This document shows, piece by piece, positions 46,407 through 58,060 of a DNA stretch of 64,000 nucleotides. The stretch lies in contig JAXDKT010000122.1 in NCBI GenBank assembly GCA_034666965.1, positions 6,928 through 70,927 on the forward strand, read 5' to 3'. The notes below the pieces were generated by a model. It worked only from the letters and a program-made list of their open reading frames with translations. It searched no databases and had not been told where the DNA came from. Source of the DNA: Chloroflexota bacterium. Lineage in GTDB: Bacteria; Chloroflexota; Limnocylindria; Limnocylindrales; CSP1-4. Both the position numbers and the translations under genes were made by a program. Position 1 is the first letter of the stretch. The number at the start of each line of letters is the position of its first letter.

Positions 46407-48089
46407 TTGACCCAGCTCGATCCCGGCTCACCCGTAAATGTGCTCGCCGACACGTTCTGGGAGGCGATCCTGGCCGAGGAGCCCACGACGGCCACGCTGT
46501 ACGGCGACGACCGCTACGACGACCGCCTCGAGGATCCCGGTCCCGAGGGGCGAGCCCGTCGACGCCGGTTGATGGAGACCACCCTGGTCGAGGCCTCGGC
46601 GATCGATCCTGAGGCCCAGTCGCTCGAGGATCGGATCACCCTGGACATGATCCGGGTGGTGTGCGAGCTCGGCATCGTCCAGGACGACCAGCGCACCGAT
46701 CTCCTCCGGGTCGTCGACCAGATGGCGGGGCCGCAGACCCTTCTGCCCCAGGTGGTCCTGCTCCAGGCCGCCGACACGCCGGAGCGGCTCGAGCGTCTCG
46801 AGGCCCGCCTGCGTGCCTACGAAGGCTACATGGCGGCCAATCGCGAGCTGCTCCTCGACGGTCTCGCCACCGGCCTGACGGCCCCCCGGATCGTCGCCGA
46901 GCGGACCGTCGCCCAGCTCGAGCGGCTGCTCGAGATCCCGGCCGACGAATCGATCGTCACGACCGCGGCCCGGGTCGCCTCGGAGGCCGATCGGGCCCGG
47001 ATCGAGCGGCTCGTGCGCGAGGTCGTCATGCCCGCGGACCGGGGCTTCCTCGAGGCCATCCAGGACCGCTACCTGGCCGCCAGCCGGGAGGAGCCCGGTC
47101 TGTGGTCGGCGCCCAACGGCGAGGCCCTGTACCGGACCCAGATCCTGGCCTGGACGACGCTCGACATCGACCCCGAGGAGGTCCACCGGATCGGGCTCGA
47201 GGAACTCGATTCGATCGATGTGGAACGCCGCGCGATCGCCCGGGCGGAGGGCTTTGGTGACGACACGGTGGCCTATCGGGCGGCGATCACCGCCGATCCG
47301 GCCAACGTCCCGGCTTCGCCGGACGTGCTCATCGCTCGTGCCGCCGAGGACATCGACCGGGCGATGGCCATCGCGCCACGGTACTTCGGCCGATTGCCGC
47401 GGGCCGGGATCGAAGTCCGGGCCGTCGAGGCGTTCAAGGAGCGCGACAGCCCGTTCGCCTATTACATTCCGCCCACCACCGATGCCTCGCGATCCGGCAT
47501 GTACTACGCCAACACCTACGACCTGCCGTCGCGGGTCTACAGCAAGCTCGCGTCGACGACGTACCACGAGGCGGTCCCCGGCCACCATTTCCAGATCGCC
47601 CTGGAGATGGAGAACGACCGGTTGACCACGTTCCGCCGCCTCGGGTCGCGGATGGTCGGCGCGGCCTACGTCGAGGGCTGGGGCCTGTACGCAGAGCGGT
47701 TGGCCGACGAGATGGGTCTGTACCGCAGCCAGGCCGAGCGCTTCGGGATGCTCGACGGGCAGGCCTGGCGCGCCGCCAGGCTCGTGGTCGACAGCGGCCT
47801 CCACGGGCTGCGCTGGCCGCGCCAGCGCTCGATCGACACGCTCCTCGCCGCGGGCCTGTCGGAGACGGATGCCGTCATCGAGACCGATCGCTACATCGCC
47901 TGGCCGGGTCAGGCCCTGACCTACAAGCTCGGTCAGCGCCAGATCGAACGGCTTCGGGCGCAGATCGCGACCCGCGACGGCCGGGACTTCGACCTGCGTG
48001 CCTTCCACGACGCGGTCCTGGGGCATGGCTCCCTGCCGCTGGCGACGCTCGCCCGCGAGCTGCCCAACTGGGTGGCCACACCGGCCTGA
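46407..48089 (+). CDS. DUF885-family putative metallopeptidase
   Basis: HEAVPGHHFQ (the HExxPGHH hallmark of DUF885). TTG start with AGGAGG 8 nt upstream. Confidence 0.7.
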   Translation: MTQLDPGSPVNVLADTFWEAILAEEPTTATLYGDDRYDDRLEDPGPEGRARRRRLMETTLVEASAIDPEAQSLEDRITLDMIRVVCELGIVQDDQRTDLLRVVDQMAGPQTLLPQVVLLQAADTPERLERLEARLRAYEGYMAANRELLLDGLATGLTAPRIVAERTVAQLERLLEIPADESIVTTAARVASEADRARIERLVREVVMPADRGFLEAIQDRYLAASREEPGLWSAPNGEALYRTQILAWTTLDIDPEEVHRIGLEELDSIDVERRAIARAEGFGDDTVAYRAAITADPANVPASPDVLIARAAEDIDRAMAIAPRYFGRLPRAGIEVRAVEAFKERDSPFAYYIPPTTDASRSGMYYANTYDLPSRVYSKLASTTYHEAVPGHHFQIALEMENDRLTTFRRLGSRMVGAAYVEGWGLYAERLADEMGLYRSQAERFGMLDGQAWRAARLVVDSGLHGLRWPRQRSIDTLLAAGLSETDAVIETDRYIAWPGQALTYKLGQRQIERLRAQIATRDGRDFDLRAFHDAVLGHGSLPLATLARELPNWVATPA

Positions 48090-48114
48090 CCCGCCGACCC
48101 GGGCAGCAGGCTCC

Positions 48115-48888
48115 TCAGCCGCCAGCCGCGCGGATCGTCGCGGCGACCTCGGCGTGGCCGGCCCGGTCGGCCAGCTCAGCCGCGGTCAGGACATCTTCGT
48201 TGCGGGCCCTGGGGTCTGCCCCGCGCGCCAGCAGCAGCTGGACCGTGGCGGCCATCCCGTTCTGCGCCGCGCCCATCAGCGGCGTGTAGCCCTGGCGCTG
48301 CGGGGCGTTGACCTCGGCGCCAGCGTGGATCAGCAGCTCGGCGACGTCGGCGTGACCCCCGGCGACCGCGCTGTGGAGGGGCTGGACGTAGAGCTCGCCG
48401 GTGGCCCACGGGTTGGGGTCGGCGCCCCGCTCGAGCAACGACCGGACAGCCTCAGCCCGGCCGAAGAACGCGGCCAGGTGGAGGGCCGTGAACCCATCGG
48501 CTGAGCGTTGCTCGATCGGCGGCGTTGCAGCTTCGTCGGGTGATGCGCTCAGGCCCCCTGACCCGTTCGAGCCTGCGATCGCATTCGGCTCGTAGCCCGC
48601 CCGGCCGGCGGTCTCGCCCTTCATCTCGCGCTCCCGGTCGGCCTCGTCGAGGAGGGTCGTGAGTCGGCCGACGTCACCGACGATGGCGGCCTCGAACGGG
48701 TCGAGGGCGGGATCGGCCGCGAGGATCCGCTCGACGATCGCCGGTTGGCCGTGATACGCGGCGACGGTGAGAGCCGACAAGCCGGCCGCGTCGCTGGCGG
48801 AGGCGGCGGCCGGCCGATCGGTCAGGATCCGGTCGACGCTCGCCAGGTCGCCGGCCCGAATGGCCGTGAACAGTGTCTGAGTCTCCAT
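48115..48888 (-). CDS. ankyrin-repeat protein
   Basis: Start at ATG 48888 (METQTLFTAIRAGD...). Several ANK repeats (GFTALHLAAFFGRAEAVRSLLERGADPN; TPLMGAAQNGMAATVQLLLARGADP). The 536-aa Arg-rich N-terminal extension in the track was rejected. Confidence 0.7.
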   Translation of the reverse strand: METQTLFTAIRAGDLASVDRILTDRPAAASASDAAGLSALTVAAYHGQPAIVERILAADPALDPFEAAIVGDVGRLTTLLDEADREREMKGETAGRAGYEPNAIAGSNGSGGLSASPDEAATPPIEQRSADGFTALHLAAFFGRAEAVRSLLERGADPNPWATGELYVQPLHSAVAGGHADVAELLIHAGAEVNAPQRQGYTPLMGAAQNGMAATVQLLLARGADPRARNEDVLTAAELADRAGHAEVAATIRAAGG

Positions 48889-49227
48889 CCGTCCCTCCCG
48901 ACTCGTGACTCGACGATAGCGCGTCTTCGGCGCAGGATGCGCCCCGGTGGGCCGATCCGCGACGAACTCGCCGGGGGTGTTCACGTAGCACGCGGCTGGG
49001 CTCGGATCCCAAGCGCTACGGCGGCTCCTTCTGCGGATATCGCAGCCGTCGTCCCGGGTGAGCGCGGATATCGAATTGACGAGCGCTGAAGCCCTATGCC
49101 AAGATTGGGCCCAGCGCGTCCCGTATCGCGCAACCGTCCCGCCTGGCGTCCCATCGAACGGACGACCGTCCCACCTATCCGCACCGGGCTGCCAGGCAGC
49201 CGGCCCGGTCGCCCAGCCGGAGTGATC

Positions 49228-50628
49228 ATGACCACCGAACCCGCCGCCGGCCCCGTCCCCGCCCTGAACCGTGAGCGCCAGCTGGAGATGTACCGGCGGG
49301 CGCTGAAGGTCATGCCGGGCGGTACCGACTCGAACTTCCGGGCGTGGGGCGAGAGCACGATCTACGTCGATCGGGGCAAGGGTGGCACGGTCTGGGATAT
49401 CGACGGCAACGAGTTCATCGACCTGCGCATGGGCTACGGGCCGGTGATCCTGGGTCACGGCGACGAACGGGTCGACGACTACGTCAACGAGCGAATGCGC
49501 CGGGGTGTCAGCTTCTCGCTGACCAGCGAGGACGAGGTCCAGGCGATGGAGCTCGTGTGCGAGTTGACCGGCTGGGTCCAGCAGGCCCGGATGACCGTCT
49601 CGGGCACCGAGGCGACCATGCACGCGATGCGCGTCGCCCGGGCGTACACCGGTCGCGAGAAGATCGTCAAGTTCGAGGGCCAGTACCACGGCGTCCACGA
49701 CTACGCCCTGATCAGCGTCGGTCCGGACGACATGTCCGAGCTCGGCGATGCCGACGCCCCCGTGGCGCTGGCCTGGGGCCGGGGCATCCCGAGCGCCGTC
49801 GCGGACACGATCATCCCGGCCCGCTACAACAACATCGACTTTCTGCGCCGGCTGTTCGAGCGCCAGGGCAACGAGATCGCCGCGATCATCGTTGAGCCGG
49901 TCCTGGGCAACGCCCAGGGGATCATGCCCCGACCGGGGTTCCACCAGGCCATGCGGGCGCTGACCGAGGAGTTCGGGATCCTGCTCATCTTCGATGAGGT
50001 CAAGACCGGCTTCCGATTCGCCCGCGGCGGGGCGGCCGAGTTCTTCGGGGTCACCCCCGACCTGGCGACCTTCGCCAAGGCGATGGGCAACGGCTATCCG
50101 GCCGCGGCGTTCGGTGGCCGAGCCGAGGTGATGAGCGTCCTGCCCGACAAGGTCAGCCACGGCGGCACGTATGCCGGCAACCGGGTCGCGGCCGCGGCGG
50201 CGGTCAAGACGCTGTCGATCATCAAGGAGACGGACGCCCTCGAGACCATCCACGCGACCGGTCGTCGGGTCCAGGCGGGGTTGCGCCAGGTCCTCGAGCC
50301 CACAGGCCTGCCCTTCCACTTCACCGGGCATCCGGCGATGTGCGGGATCATGTTCCGGGACGAAGAGGCGACCGAGTACCGGGACTGGGCGACGACCGAT
50401 CACGAGCTGTACGACGCGATCGCGGTGGCGATGCAGGCACGGGGCGCGATGCCCGAGCCGGACTCGCGCGAGCCGTGGTTCCTGTGCGAAGCCCACGCCC
50501 AGGGCGATTACGTGGACCGCATCGTCACGATCTTTGCCGACTCACTCGATTCCGCCCTGGAGGACCGGGCGCACGGCATCGCTCCCCAACATGTCGATGG
50601 GGCGATGGCCCACCCCGCAGCTGGCTGA
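49228..50628 (+). CDS. class III PLP aminotransferase (GSA-aminomutase/omega-transaminase-like)
   Basis: GTEATMHAMRVARAYTGR, IFDEVKTGFRF and the catalytic-lysine region. ATG at 49228 with GGAG upstream. Confidence 0.75.
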   Translation: MTTEPAAGPVPALNRERQLEMYRRALKVMPGGTDSNFRAWGESTIYVDRGKGGTVWDIDGNEFIDLRMGYGPVILGHGDERVDDYVNERMRRGVSFSLTSEDEVQAMELVCELTGWVQQARMTVSGTEATMHAMRVARAYTGREKIVKFEGQYHGVHDYALISVGPDDMSELGDADAPVALAWGRGIPSAVADTIIPARYNNIDFLRRLFERQGNEIAAIIVEPVLGNAQGIMPRPGFHQAMRALTEEFGILLIFDEVKTGFRFARGGAAEFFGVTPDLATFAKAMGNGYPAAAFGGRAEVMSVLPDKVSHGGTYAGNRVAAAAAVKTLSIIKETDALETIHATGRRVQAGLRQVLEPTGLPFHFTGHPAMCGIMFRDEEATEYRDWATTDHELYDAIAVAMQARGAMPEPDSREPWFLCEAHAQGDYVDRIVTIFADSLDSALEDRAHGIAPQHVDGAMAHPAAG

Positions 50629-50640
50629 GAGGACGTAGGA

Positions 50641-51417
50641 ATGGCGATGGCTCTCGACGGCAACGCCGTCCGTTCGGTGGACCGGGCGGCGGCCCTGCTG
50701 CTCGCCCTCGGAGACAGTCAGGGCGAGGCCGGAGTCACCGAGCTCGCCCGCCGTCTGGGACTCCACAAGTCGACCGCATCGCGGCTGCTGGCCACGCTCC
50801 AGCGGCGTGGCCTCGTCGAGCAGGACGACGAGACCGGCAAGTACCGGCTGGGGCTCGTCGTGATCCGTCTGGCGGAGCGAGCCGAGCGGACCCTCGACCT
50901 GCGCGGGATCGCCATGCCCGAGCTCGAGCGCCTGGCCCGCCTGACCCGCGAGACAACGGGGTTGGGGGTGCTTGACGGCGAGCAGCTGCTCACCGTGGCT
51001 CAGGCCGACGGCCCCAATCTCGTCGCGGTTGGCGACTGGACCGGGCGGAGCGTGCCGCTCCACTGCGTCGCCTCGGGCAAGGTCCTGATGGCCGCACTCG
51101 CCGAGCGGGAGGTCCTGCGCATCCTGCGGCGCGGCCTGGTGTCGCACACGGAGCGCACGATCACCGAGCTGGAGCCGCTTCTCGAGGAGCTGTCGCGGAT
51201 CCGGCGACGCGGCTATGCCACCGCGATCGGCGAGTACGAGGCCGGCCTCAATGCGGTGGCCGCGCCGGTCCACGATGCGCGCGGCGCGGTGATCGCGGCC
51301 GTCGACATCTGGGGACCGGCGTTCCGGCTCACGCCCCGGCGGATCCCCGAGCTCGCTGCCCAGGTGCGGGAGGCGGCCGCCGCCATCTCGATCCGTCTGG
51401 GGGGCGCGGCCGCCTGA
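50641..51417 (+). CDS. IclR-family transcriptional regulator
   Basis: wHTH (VTELARRLGLHKSTASRLLATLQRRGLVEQD) followed by an IclR effector domain. Confidence 0.8.
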   Translation: MAMALDGNAVRSVDRAAALLLALGDSQGEAGVTELARRLGLHKSTASRLLATLQRRGLVEQDDETGKYRLGLVVIRLAERAERTLDLRGIAMPELERLARLTRETTGLGVLDGEQLLTVAQADGPNLVAVGDWTGRSVPLHCVASGKVLMAALAEREVLRILRRGLVSHTERTITELEPLLEELSRIRRRGYATAIGEYEAGLNAVAAPVHDARGAVIAAVDIWGPAFRLTPRRIPELAAQVREAAAAISIRLGGAAA

Positions 51418-51478
51418 GGGAGGCCGCCGCCTGAGGCCAGGCCGCCGCCTGAGGCCAGGCCGCCGCCTGACACCACTT
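51418..51478. repeat. three tandem copies of an 18-nt unit CCAGGCCGCCGCCTGAGG immediately after the iclR stop
   Basis: Direct read of 51411-51480. It sits in the 84-bp gap before the MscS gene. Confidence 0.6.
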
Positions 51479-51501
51479 GCCCAGCCGGGACCGGCTAGGC
51501 T

Positions 51502-52398
51502 TTGATCATGACCGCGATGGACTCGGGCCAGATCGCCGATTGGCTCCAGCGTCACGGGATCCCCACGCTGGTTCTCCTCGTCGTGGCCGTGGTCGTCCTG
51601 CGGGCCGCCCGGCCGATGGTCCACCGGGCCCTGCTGGGCGTGCTCGGCCGGCGACGGACCATCTCGGCCGACGCTCAGCCCAGCGCCGACGAGGTCGCCA
51701 AGCGGATCGCAACCATCGAGGATCTGGTGGCCAGCGCCCTGCGCTTCGCGGTCATCGTGGCCCTGCTCCTGGTCCTGTTGACCTGGTTCGACCTGCTCCC
51801 GGTGGTTGCCGGGTTCGGGGTCATCCTGGCCGCCTTGACCCTGGCCGGTCAGAGCATCGTCCTGGACTACCTGATGGGCGTGTTGATCGTGCTCGAGGGC
51901 CCGTACTACAAGGGCGACTGGATCCAGATCGGTGGCGTTGAGGGCGAGGTCGAGGAGATCGGCCTGCGCCGGACCACGCTGCGCGATGCAACCGGCACGG
52001 TCCACAGCGTGTCGAACGGGCTGGTCCGGGTGGCGTCCAACCTGACCCGGGTCTACGCCCGGATGCAGGTCGACCTGACCGTCCCGTTCGGGGCCGATCT
52101 CGACCTGGCAACGAAGGTGGCCAACGAGGTGGGTCGGGCCATGGCCGAGGATCCCGCCTGGAGCGCCCGGCTGCTCGAGCCACCGACGCTCACCCGGGTA
52201 CCCGGGTTGAGTGACCAGGGACCGACGATCCGGGTGGCTGGCAAGGTCCGCGCGGCCGACCGCTGGACGGCACCGAGCGAGCTGCGCAAGCGCCTCCTGG
52301 CCGCCTTCCAGGCCAACGGCATCGCCCTGCCGATCGGTGGCGGGAGCGCAACCACACCCGAGCCGGGCGGTCCGCCGGTCGACCCGGGCCCGGGATGA
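51502..52398 (+). CDS. MscS-family mechanosensitive ion channel
   Basis: TM3 plus beta-domain signature (ILAALTLAGQSIVLDYLMGVLIVLEGPYYKGDWIQIGGVEGEVEEIGLRRTTLR). The start is TTG 51502 or ATG 51508. Confidence 0.75.
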   Translation: MIMTAMDSGQIADWLQRHGIPTLVLLVVAVVVLRAARPMVHRALLGVLGRRRTISADAQPSADEVAKRIATIEDLVASALRFAVIVALLLVLLTWFDLLPVVAGFGVILAALTLAGQSIVLDYLMGVLIVLEGPYYKGDWIQIGGVEGEVEEIGLRRTTLRDATGTVHSVSNGLVRVASNLTRVYARMQVDLTVPFGADLDLATKVANEVGRAMAEDPAWSARLLEPPTLTRVPGLSDQGPTIRVAGKVRAADRWTAPSELRKRLLAAFQANGIALPIGGGSATTPEPGGPPVDPGPG

Positions 52399-52470
52399 GC
52401 CAAGCGGTACGTTCGGGCCCCGTCGGCCGCGTAGAATGACCTCCCATCGCCAGCGCGGAGAGGTGAGTCC

Positions 52471-54432
<1,962 letters not shown>

Positions 54433-54433
54433 C

Positions 54434-55051
54434 GTGCCGTTCGACTTCCTGAAGAAGAACAAGCCTTCCCCGACGGAGGCCGGGCCGATCCCGACCGCGG
54501 CGGATGCCGCGGGGGAGACCCAGATCGTCGCCTTCGACGGCTTGACCGAGGAATGGCGGCTGGTCGGGGCAATGCGACTCGACGGCCGTCTCTCGGACAT
54601 CCTCAATCGGCGCGAGTCGATCCCGATCAGCGACGTCTCGTGGGCGCCGATCGACGGTTCGGAGCCGTTCAGCCCGGCTCCCGGCCTGAAGGCCATCGAT
54701 CCCTACGATCTCATCGTCGTCCTGGCCGGCGCGACCACCCTGCCCCTGATGAGCGAGGACGAGAAGGCCGCGCACCGGATCCACAAGATCAGCTACGACG
54801 TGGCCCTCGAGGTCCCGCCGTTCAAGGTCATTGGCACGGTCTACCTGTTCCCGGGCTCCGAGCCCGAACGTCTCCTGGATCGGGCCACCGAGATGTTCGT
54901 CCCGGTTACCGACGCGCTGGCATTCCTGGGCGAGCAGCAGATCGGCGAGACCGAGGTCGACACGTTCCTGGTCAACCGGAGCTACTTGCGTGGGGTCGAG
55001 CAGGTCGACCGCCGCGCGCGCCACGGGCAGGCCCGCCCGCCCTCGGGCTAA
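54434..55051 (+). CDS. hypothetical protein translationally coupled to acs
   Basis: GTG 1 nt after the acs stop. A 205-aa soluble protein with no recognisable motif. Confidence 0.45.
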   Translation: MPFDFLKKNKPSPTEAGPIPTAADAAGETQIVAFDGLTEEWRLVGAMRLDGRLSDILNRRESIPISDVSWAPIDGSEPFSPAPGLKAIDPYDLIVVLAGATTLPLMSEDEKAAHRIHKISYDVALEVPPFKVIGTVYLFPGSEPERLLDRATEMFVPVTDALAFLGEQQIGETEVDTFLVNRSYLRGVEQVDRRARHGQARPPSG

Positions 55052-56307
55052 GCCCGAGCAGCCTCCTTGGCGCGCCCGAAGATGGCCCGCAGGGCCGGTC
55101 GTCCGTTGGCCGCGACCGGCTCGGGCGACTCCCTCTCGATCCCGAGAAGCCGATCGGCCAGGACGTCGAAGTCCTCGGTCACCTTCTCACGGGGGAACTG
55201 CTCGACCACCGAATGGCCCTCGTTCGCGGCCCGCACGAACAGCAGCCCGCCCGAGCGGATGAGGGCCAATGCCGGCATCCCGACGGTCCGTTCCATGTCC
55301 GCCACGGACACGCCGCTGTTGGCCCGGTTGACGACCATCGCCAGCTTGTCGCGAACGCCCAGCTCGGCGGCGACGCCACCGAACTGGACACCGGCCCGCA
55401 GGGCGGGGACGTCGGGCGTGATCGGGACCAGGATCCGGTCGGCGCGCTCGAAGACGGCCCGGTTGAGCGGTCCGTATGACGGGTGCATGTCCACGATGAC
55501 GAAGTCGTAGCCGCGGCGCGAGAATGCCAGGGCGTTGCCGACCTGGTCCGGGTCGAGCTTGTCGCTCTCGAGCGGCTGCGTGGTCAGGACGGCAACCTGG
55601 AGACCGTTGGGGTGGTGCGTCGCCAGCTGGGCCAGCGTTCGCGGCTCGACCCCTTCGTGGCGGTCGTCCTCCCACGCATCGTCGACGGTCTTGATCTGGT
55701 CGAGCCCGAGCGAGCTGGCGATGTGGCCGGTCACGGTGTCGGCATCGACCAGCAGGACTCTCTGCCCGTGTCGGACCTGGAGCGCCGTCGCGAGGTTCAT
55801 CGAGATGGTCGTCTTGCCCACGCCACCCTTGGGATTGAAGACGGCCACGATGGTGGCGCGCTTGGCGCCGCCACCGGGCAGGGTCAAGCCCTCGTCGGAC
55901 TCGATGACCGCACTCGTCCCGTCGTCGACGGTCTGGGACCGGATCAGCATCGCTTCGACCCGCCAGCGAAGCGCATCGGGCGAGTACGGCCGGGTGAAGT
56001 ACTCATCGCTGTTGCTCGCCCGGTTGCCCGGGCCGGTCAGCTTCTCGAGCGCGCGTGGCGACACGACCATCAGAGCCGGGATGTCCCGGCCCCCTTCGTG
56101 CAGCAGCGAGTAGATCTCGATCGACTTGTCGAAGTCGCTCTCACCGTCGAGCACGGCCAGGGCGAACTCGCGCCGGGACTCGAGCAGCGTCGCGAACTCA
56201 TCGGCGGAGGACACCGGCACGACGTCGTAGCCGGCCAGGGCAAGCTCGTGCTCGACTGGGCGCAACTCCTCGGCGGGCAGCGCCAGGGCAACGGTCAGAC
56301 GGGCCAT
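55048..56307 (-). CDS. CpaE/TadZ-like protein: N-terminal receiver-like domain + MinD/ParA-type P-loop ATPase
   Basis: Deviant Walker A (VFNPKGGVGKTT) and ParA/MinD-like downstream motifs. The N-terminal 120 aa is CheY-like. Its stop overlaps the stop of the convergent 54434 gene (CTAA). Confidence 0.7.
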   Translation of the reverse strand: MARLTVALALPAEELRPVEHELALAGYDVVPVSSADEFATLLESRREFALAVLDGESDFDKSIEIYSLLHEGGRDIPALMVVSPRALEKLTGPGNRASNSDEYFTRPYSPDALRWRVEAMLIRSQTVDDGTSAVIESDEGLTLPGGGAKRATIVAVFNPKGGVGKTTISMNLATALQVRHGQRVLLVDADTVTGHIASSLGLDQIKTVDDAWEDDRHEGVEPRTLAQLATHHPNGLQVAVLTTQPLESDKLDPDQVGNALAFSRRGYDFVIVDMHPSYGPLNRAVFERADRILVPITPDVPALRAGVQFGGVAAELGVRDKLAMVVNRANSGVSVADMERTVGMPALALIRSGGLLFVRAANEGHSVVEQFPREKVTEDFDVLADRLLGIERESPEPVAANGRPALRAIFGRAKEAARA

Positions 56308-56338
56308 TGAGGGTCTGGTTCGATCCGGCCGAACCGGA

Positions 56339-58060
56339 TCAGCCCTCGGACTCGGGGTCCCGCGCGCTGACGTTGACCACGCCGTCGCCGGTGCCCGTCA
56401 CGCGTGCCTCGAAGCCCGGCAGACTCGGGATGGCATCGGCCAGGACCACGTTGCCGCCATGAGCGACCTTGAACACGAACTCGCCGTCGGGGCCGGACGA
56501 CACCCCGACCGACTGGACCCCCGTGATCCGCCCGATATGGCGCTTGAAGCTGGCAATGCTGGCGACGCTGACCAGGCCAGTCACGACGACCTGGCTGGTG
56601 GCTCCGGCCTTGGCCGCGTCCGCAGGCGCTGTCGGCGCCGCCGAGTCGGGCGTCGAGGACTCGACGGGCGGGACGAGGCCGGCGAGGCGAGCCGCCAGGG
56701 CCCCGTCGTCGATCGTCGGGATCTCGTCATCGGAGTTCGCGGCGGCAGATGCCGCGGCCTCCGCTTCGGCCGCGTCCAGATTGGGGCCCAGGCCCAGCGC
56801 GGCAAGGCGGGGGTCCGCCGGGTCGGATGCGCCGGCCTCGTCGGCGTCGGGTTCGGTCTCGACCTCGGCGGCGGCGTAGGCGGCCTCGATGGCGGCCATG
56901 GCCGCCTCGACCGCGGCTCGATCGTCCTGGACCGCGAAGGGCACCTCCTGGCCCTGGTCGGGCTCGGTCGCCATCTCGGTGGCCGGCTCGGTCACGCGCC
57001 TGGCGGCAGTTTGCGGCGCCGGCTCAGTGACCGGCCCGCCGGGCACCGGTGCCTTCGACTCGGGCGCTTCCGGCGCGAGTTCCGGGCTCGCCTCGGCTTC
57101 GGAGGCATGGACGCTGGCCGGGGGTACCGCCCCTGGCCAGGGGGCCGACTCCGTCCTGGTGGCGACCCAGGGCTCCCCGTCGGTCGCATCGTCGGAGTCG
57201 AACGGCGGGGGCTCGGGCAGGTTCTCGGCCATCGCCGCGAAGCGGGCCAGGTCGTCCTCGTTCAGCAGCCGCTCGAAGAATCGCTCCATCTCCCTCTCGA
57301 ATGAGGCGACCCGGACCTGAACTCGCTCGATCTTGCGCTCGACCCGAGCGGCGTAATCCTGCAGCTCAGCCTCGAGGTCAGACTTGCGTGTGGCGATCTT
57401 GCGGTCGGTCTCCTCGCGAATGCGGGCCAGCTCGGCCTTCGACCGTTCGCGGATGGTGACCAGGTCATTGTCGGCGGCCTTGCGCAGCTCGGCGGCCACA
57501 TCGGCGGAACCAGCGCGGACGGCATCGATGTGGGTCTTCGCCTCGGTCTGGAACTGCTCCACGGTCGAGGCCCGCGACGAATCGGCGGCGGCCTGCATCG
57601 CCCGGGTGATGTCGGTCAGGAACTTGCTGGTCTTCCTTGGCGGCCCATCGTCGGGTCGGCCCGGAAGACCCTGACTGGCGGTCGACTGCACGGACGCTTC
57701 CTCGGTGTTGGCTTCACTGGACGGATCCGACGGCGCGGGAGCGAGAGCGGGCTCAGCCACGGACGCGACCTCCGTCGCGTCATCGGCGGCCTCTGCCTCG
57801 GGTGGCGTGGCGCTGGTGGCCCCCAACGTGACGGTGGTGGGCTCGGCGGTCGTGGACTCGGAGGTCGTGGGCTCGGCGGCGGTCTTGGGCTCGACGGCGG
57901 CCGACGGACGCTCGGCTGTCGTGGACTCGGCGGCTGTCGTGGGCTCGGCGGCGGCCGACGGACGCTCGGCATCGCTGGGCGAGTCCTGCTGCTGGCCAGT
58001 CGCCTTGTCGTCCCCGCTCCATGGGAGCCGGAAGCCGGTCCGAGATTCAGTGGACGCCAT
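56339..58060 (-). CDS. hypothetical protein: T/A/E/P-rich disordered N-terminus, long coiled-coil, conserved ~100-aa C-terminal domain
   Basis: Start set at ATG 58060, preceded by GGAGGGG (read on the minus strand). Repeats AAEPTTAAESTTAERPSAAVEPKTAAEPTT. Coiled coil (AELRKAADNDLVTIRERSKAELARIREETDRKIATRKSDLEAELQDYAARVERKIERVQ). It is upstream of, and co-directional with, the CpaE-like ATPase. Confidence 0.5.
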   Translation of the reverse strand: MASTESRTGFRLPWSGDDKATGQQQDSPSDAERPSAAAEPTTAAESTTAERPSAAVEPKTAAEPTTSESTTAEPTTVTLGATSATPPEAEAADDATEVASVAEPALAPAPSDPSSEANTEEASVQSTASQGLPGRPDDGPPRKTSKFLTDITRAMQAAADSSRASTVEQFQTEAKTHIDAVRAGSADVAAELRKAADNDLVTIRERSKAELARIREETDRKIATRKSDLEAELQDYAARVERKIERVQVRVASFEREMERFFERLLNEDDLARFAAMAENLPEPPPFDSDDATDGEPWVATRTESAPWPGAVPPASVHASEAEASPELAPEAPESKAPVPGGPVTEPAPQTAARRVTEPATEMATEPDQGQEVPFAVQDDRAAVEAAMAAIEAAYAAAEVETEPDADEAGASDPADPRLAALGLGPNLDAAEAEAAASAAANSDDEIPTIDDGALAARLAGLVPPVESSTPDSAAPTAPADAAKAGATSQVVVTGLVSVASIASFKRHIGRITGVQSVGVSSGPDGEFVFKVAHGGNVVLADAIPSLPGFEARVTGTGDGVVNVSARDPESEG

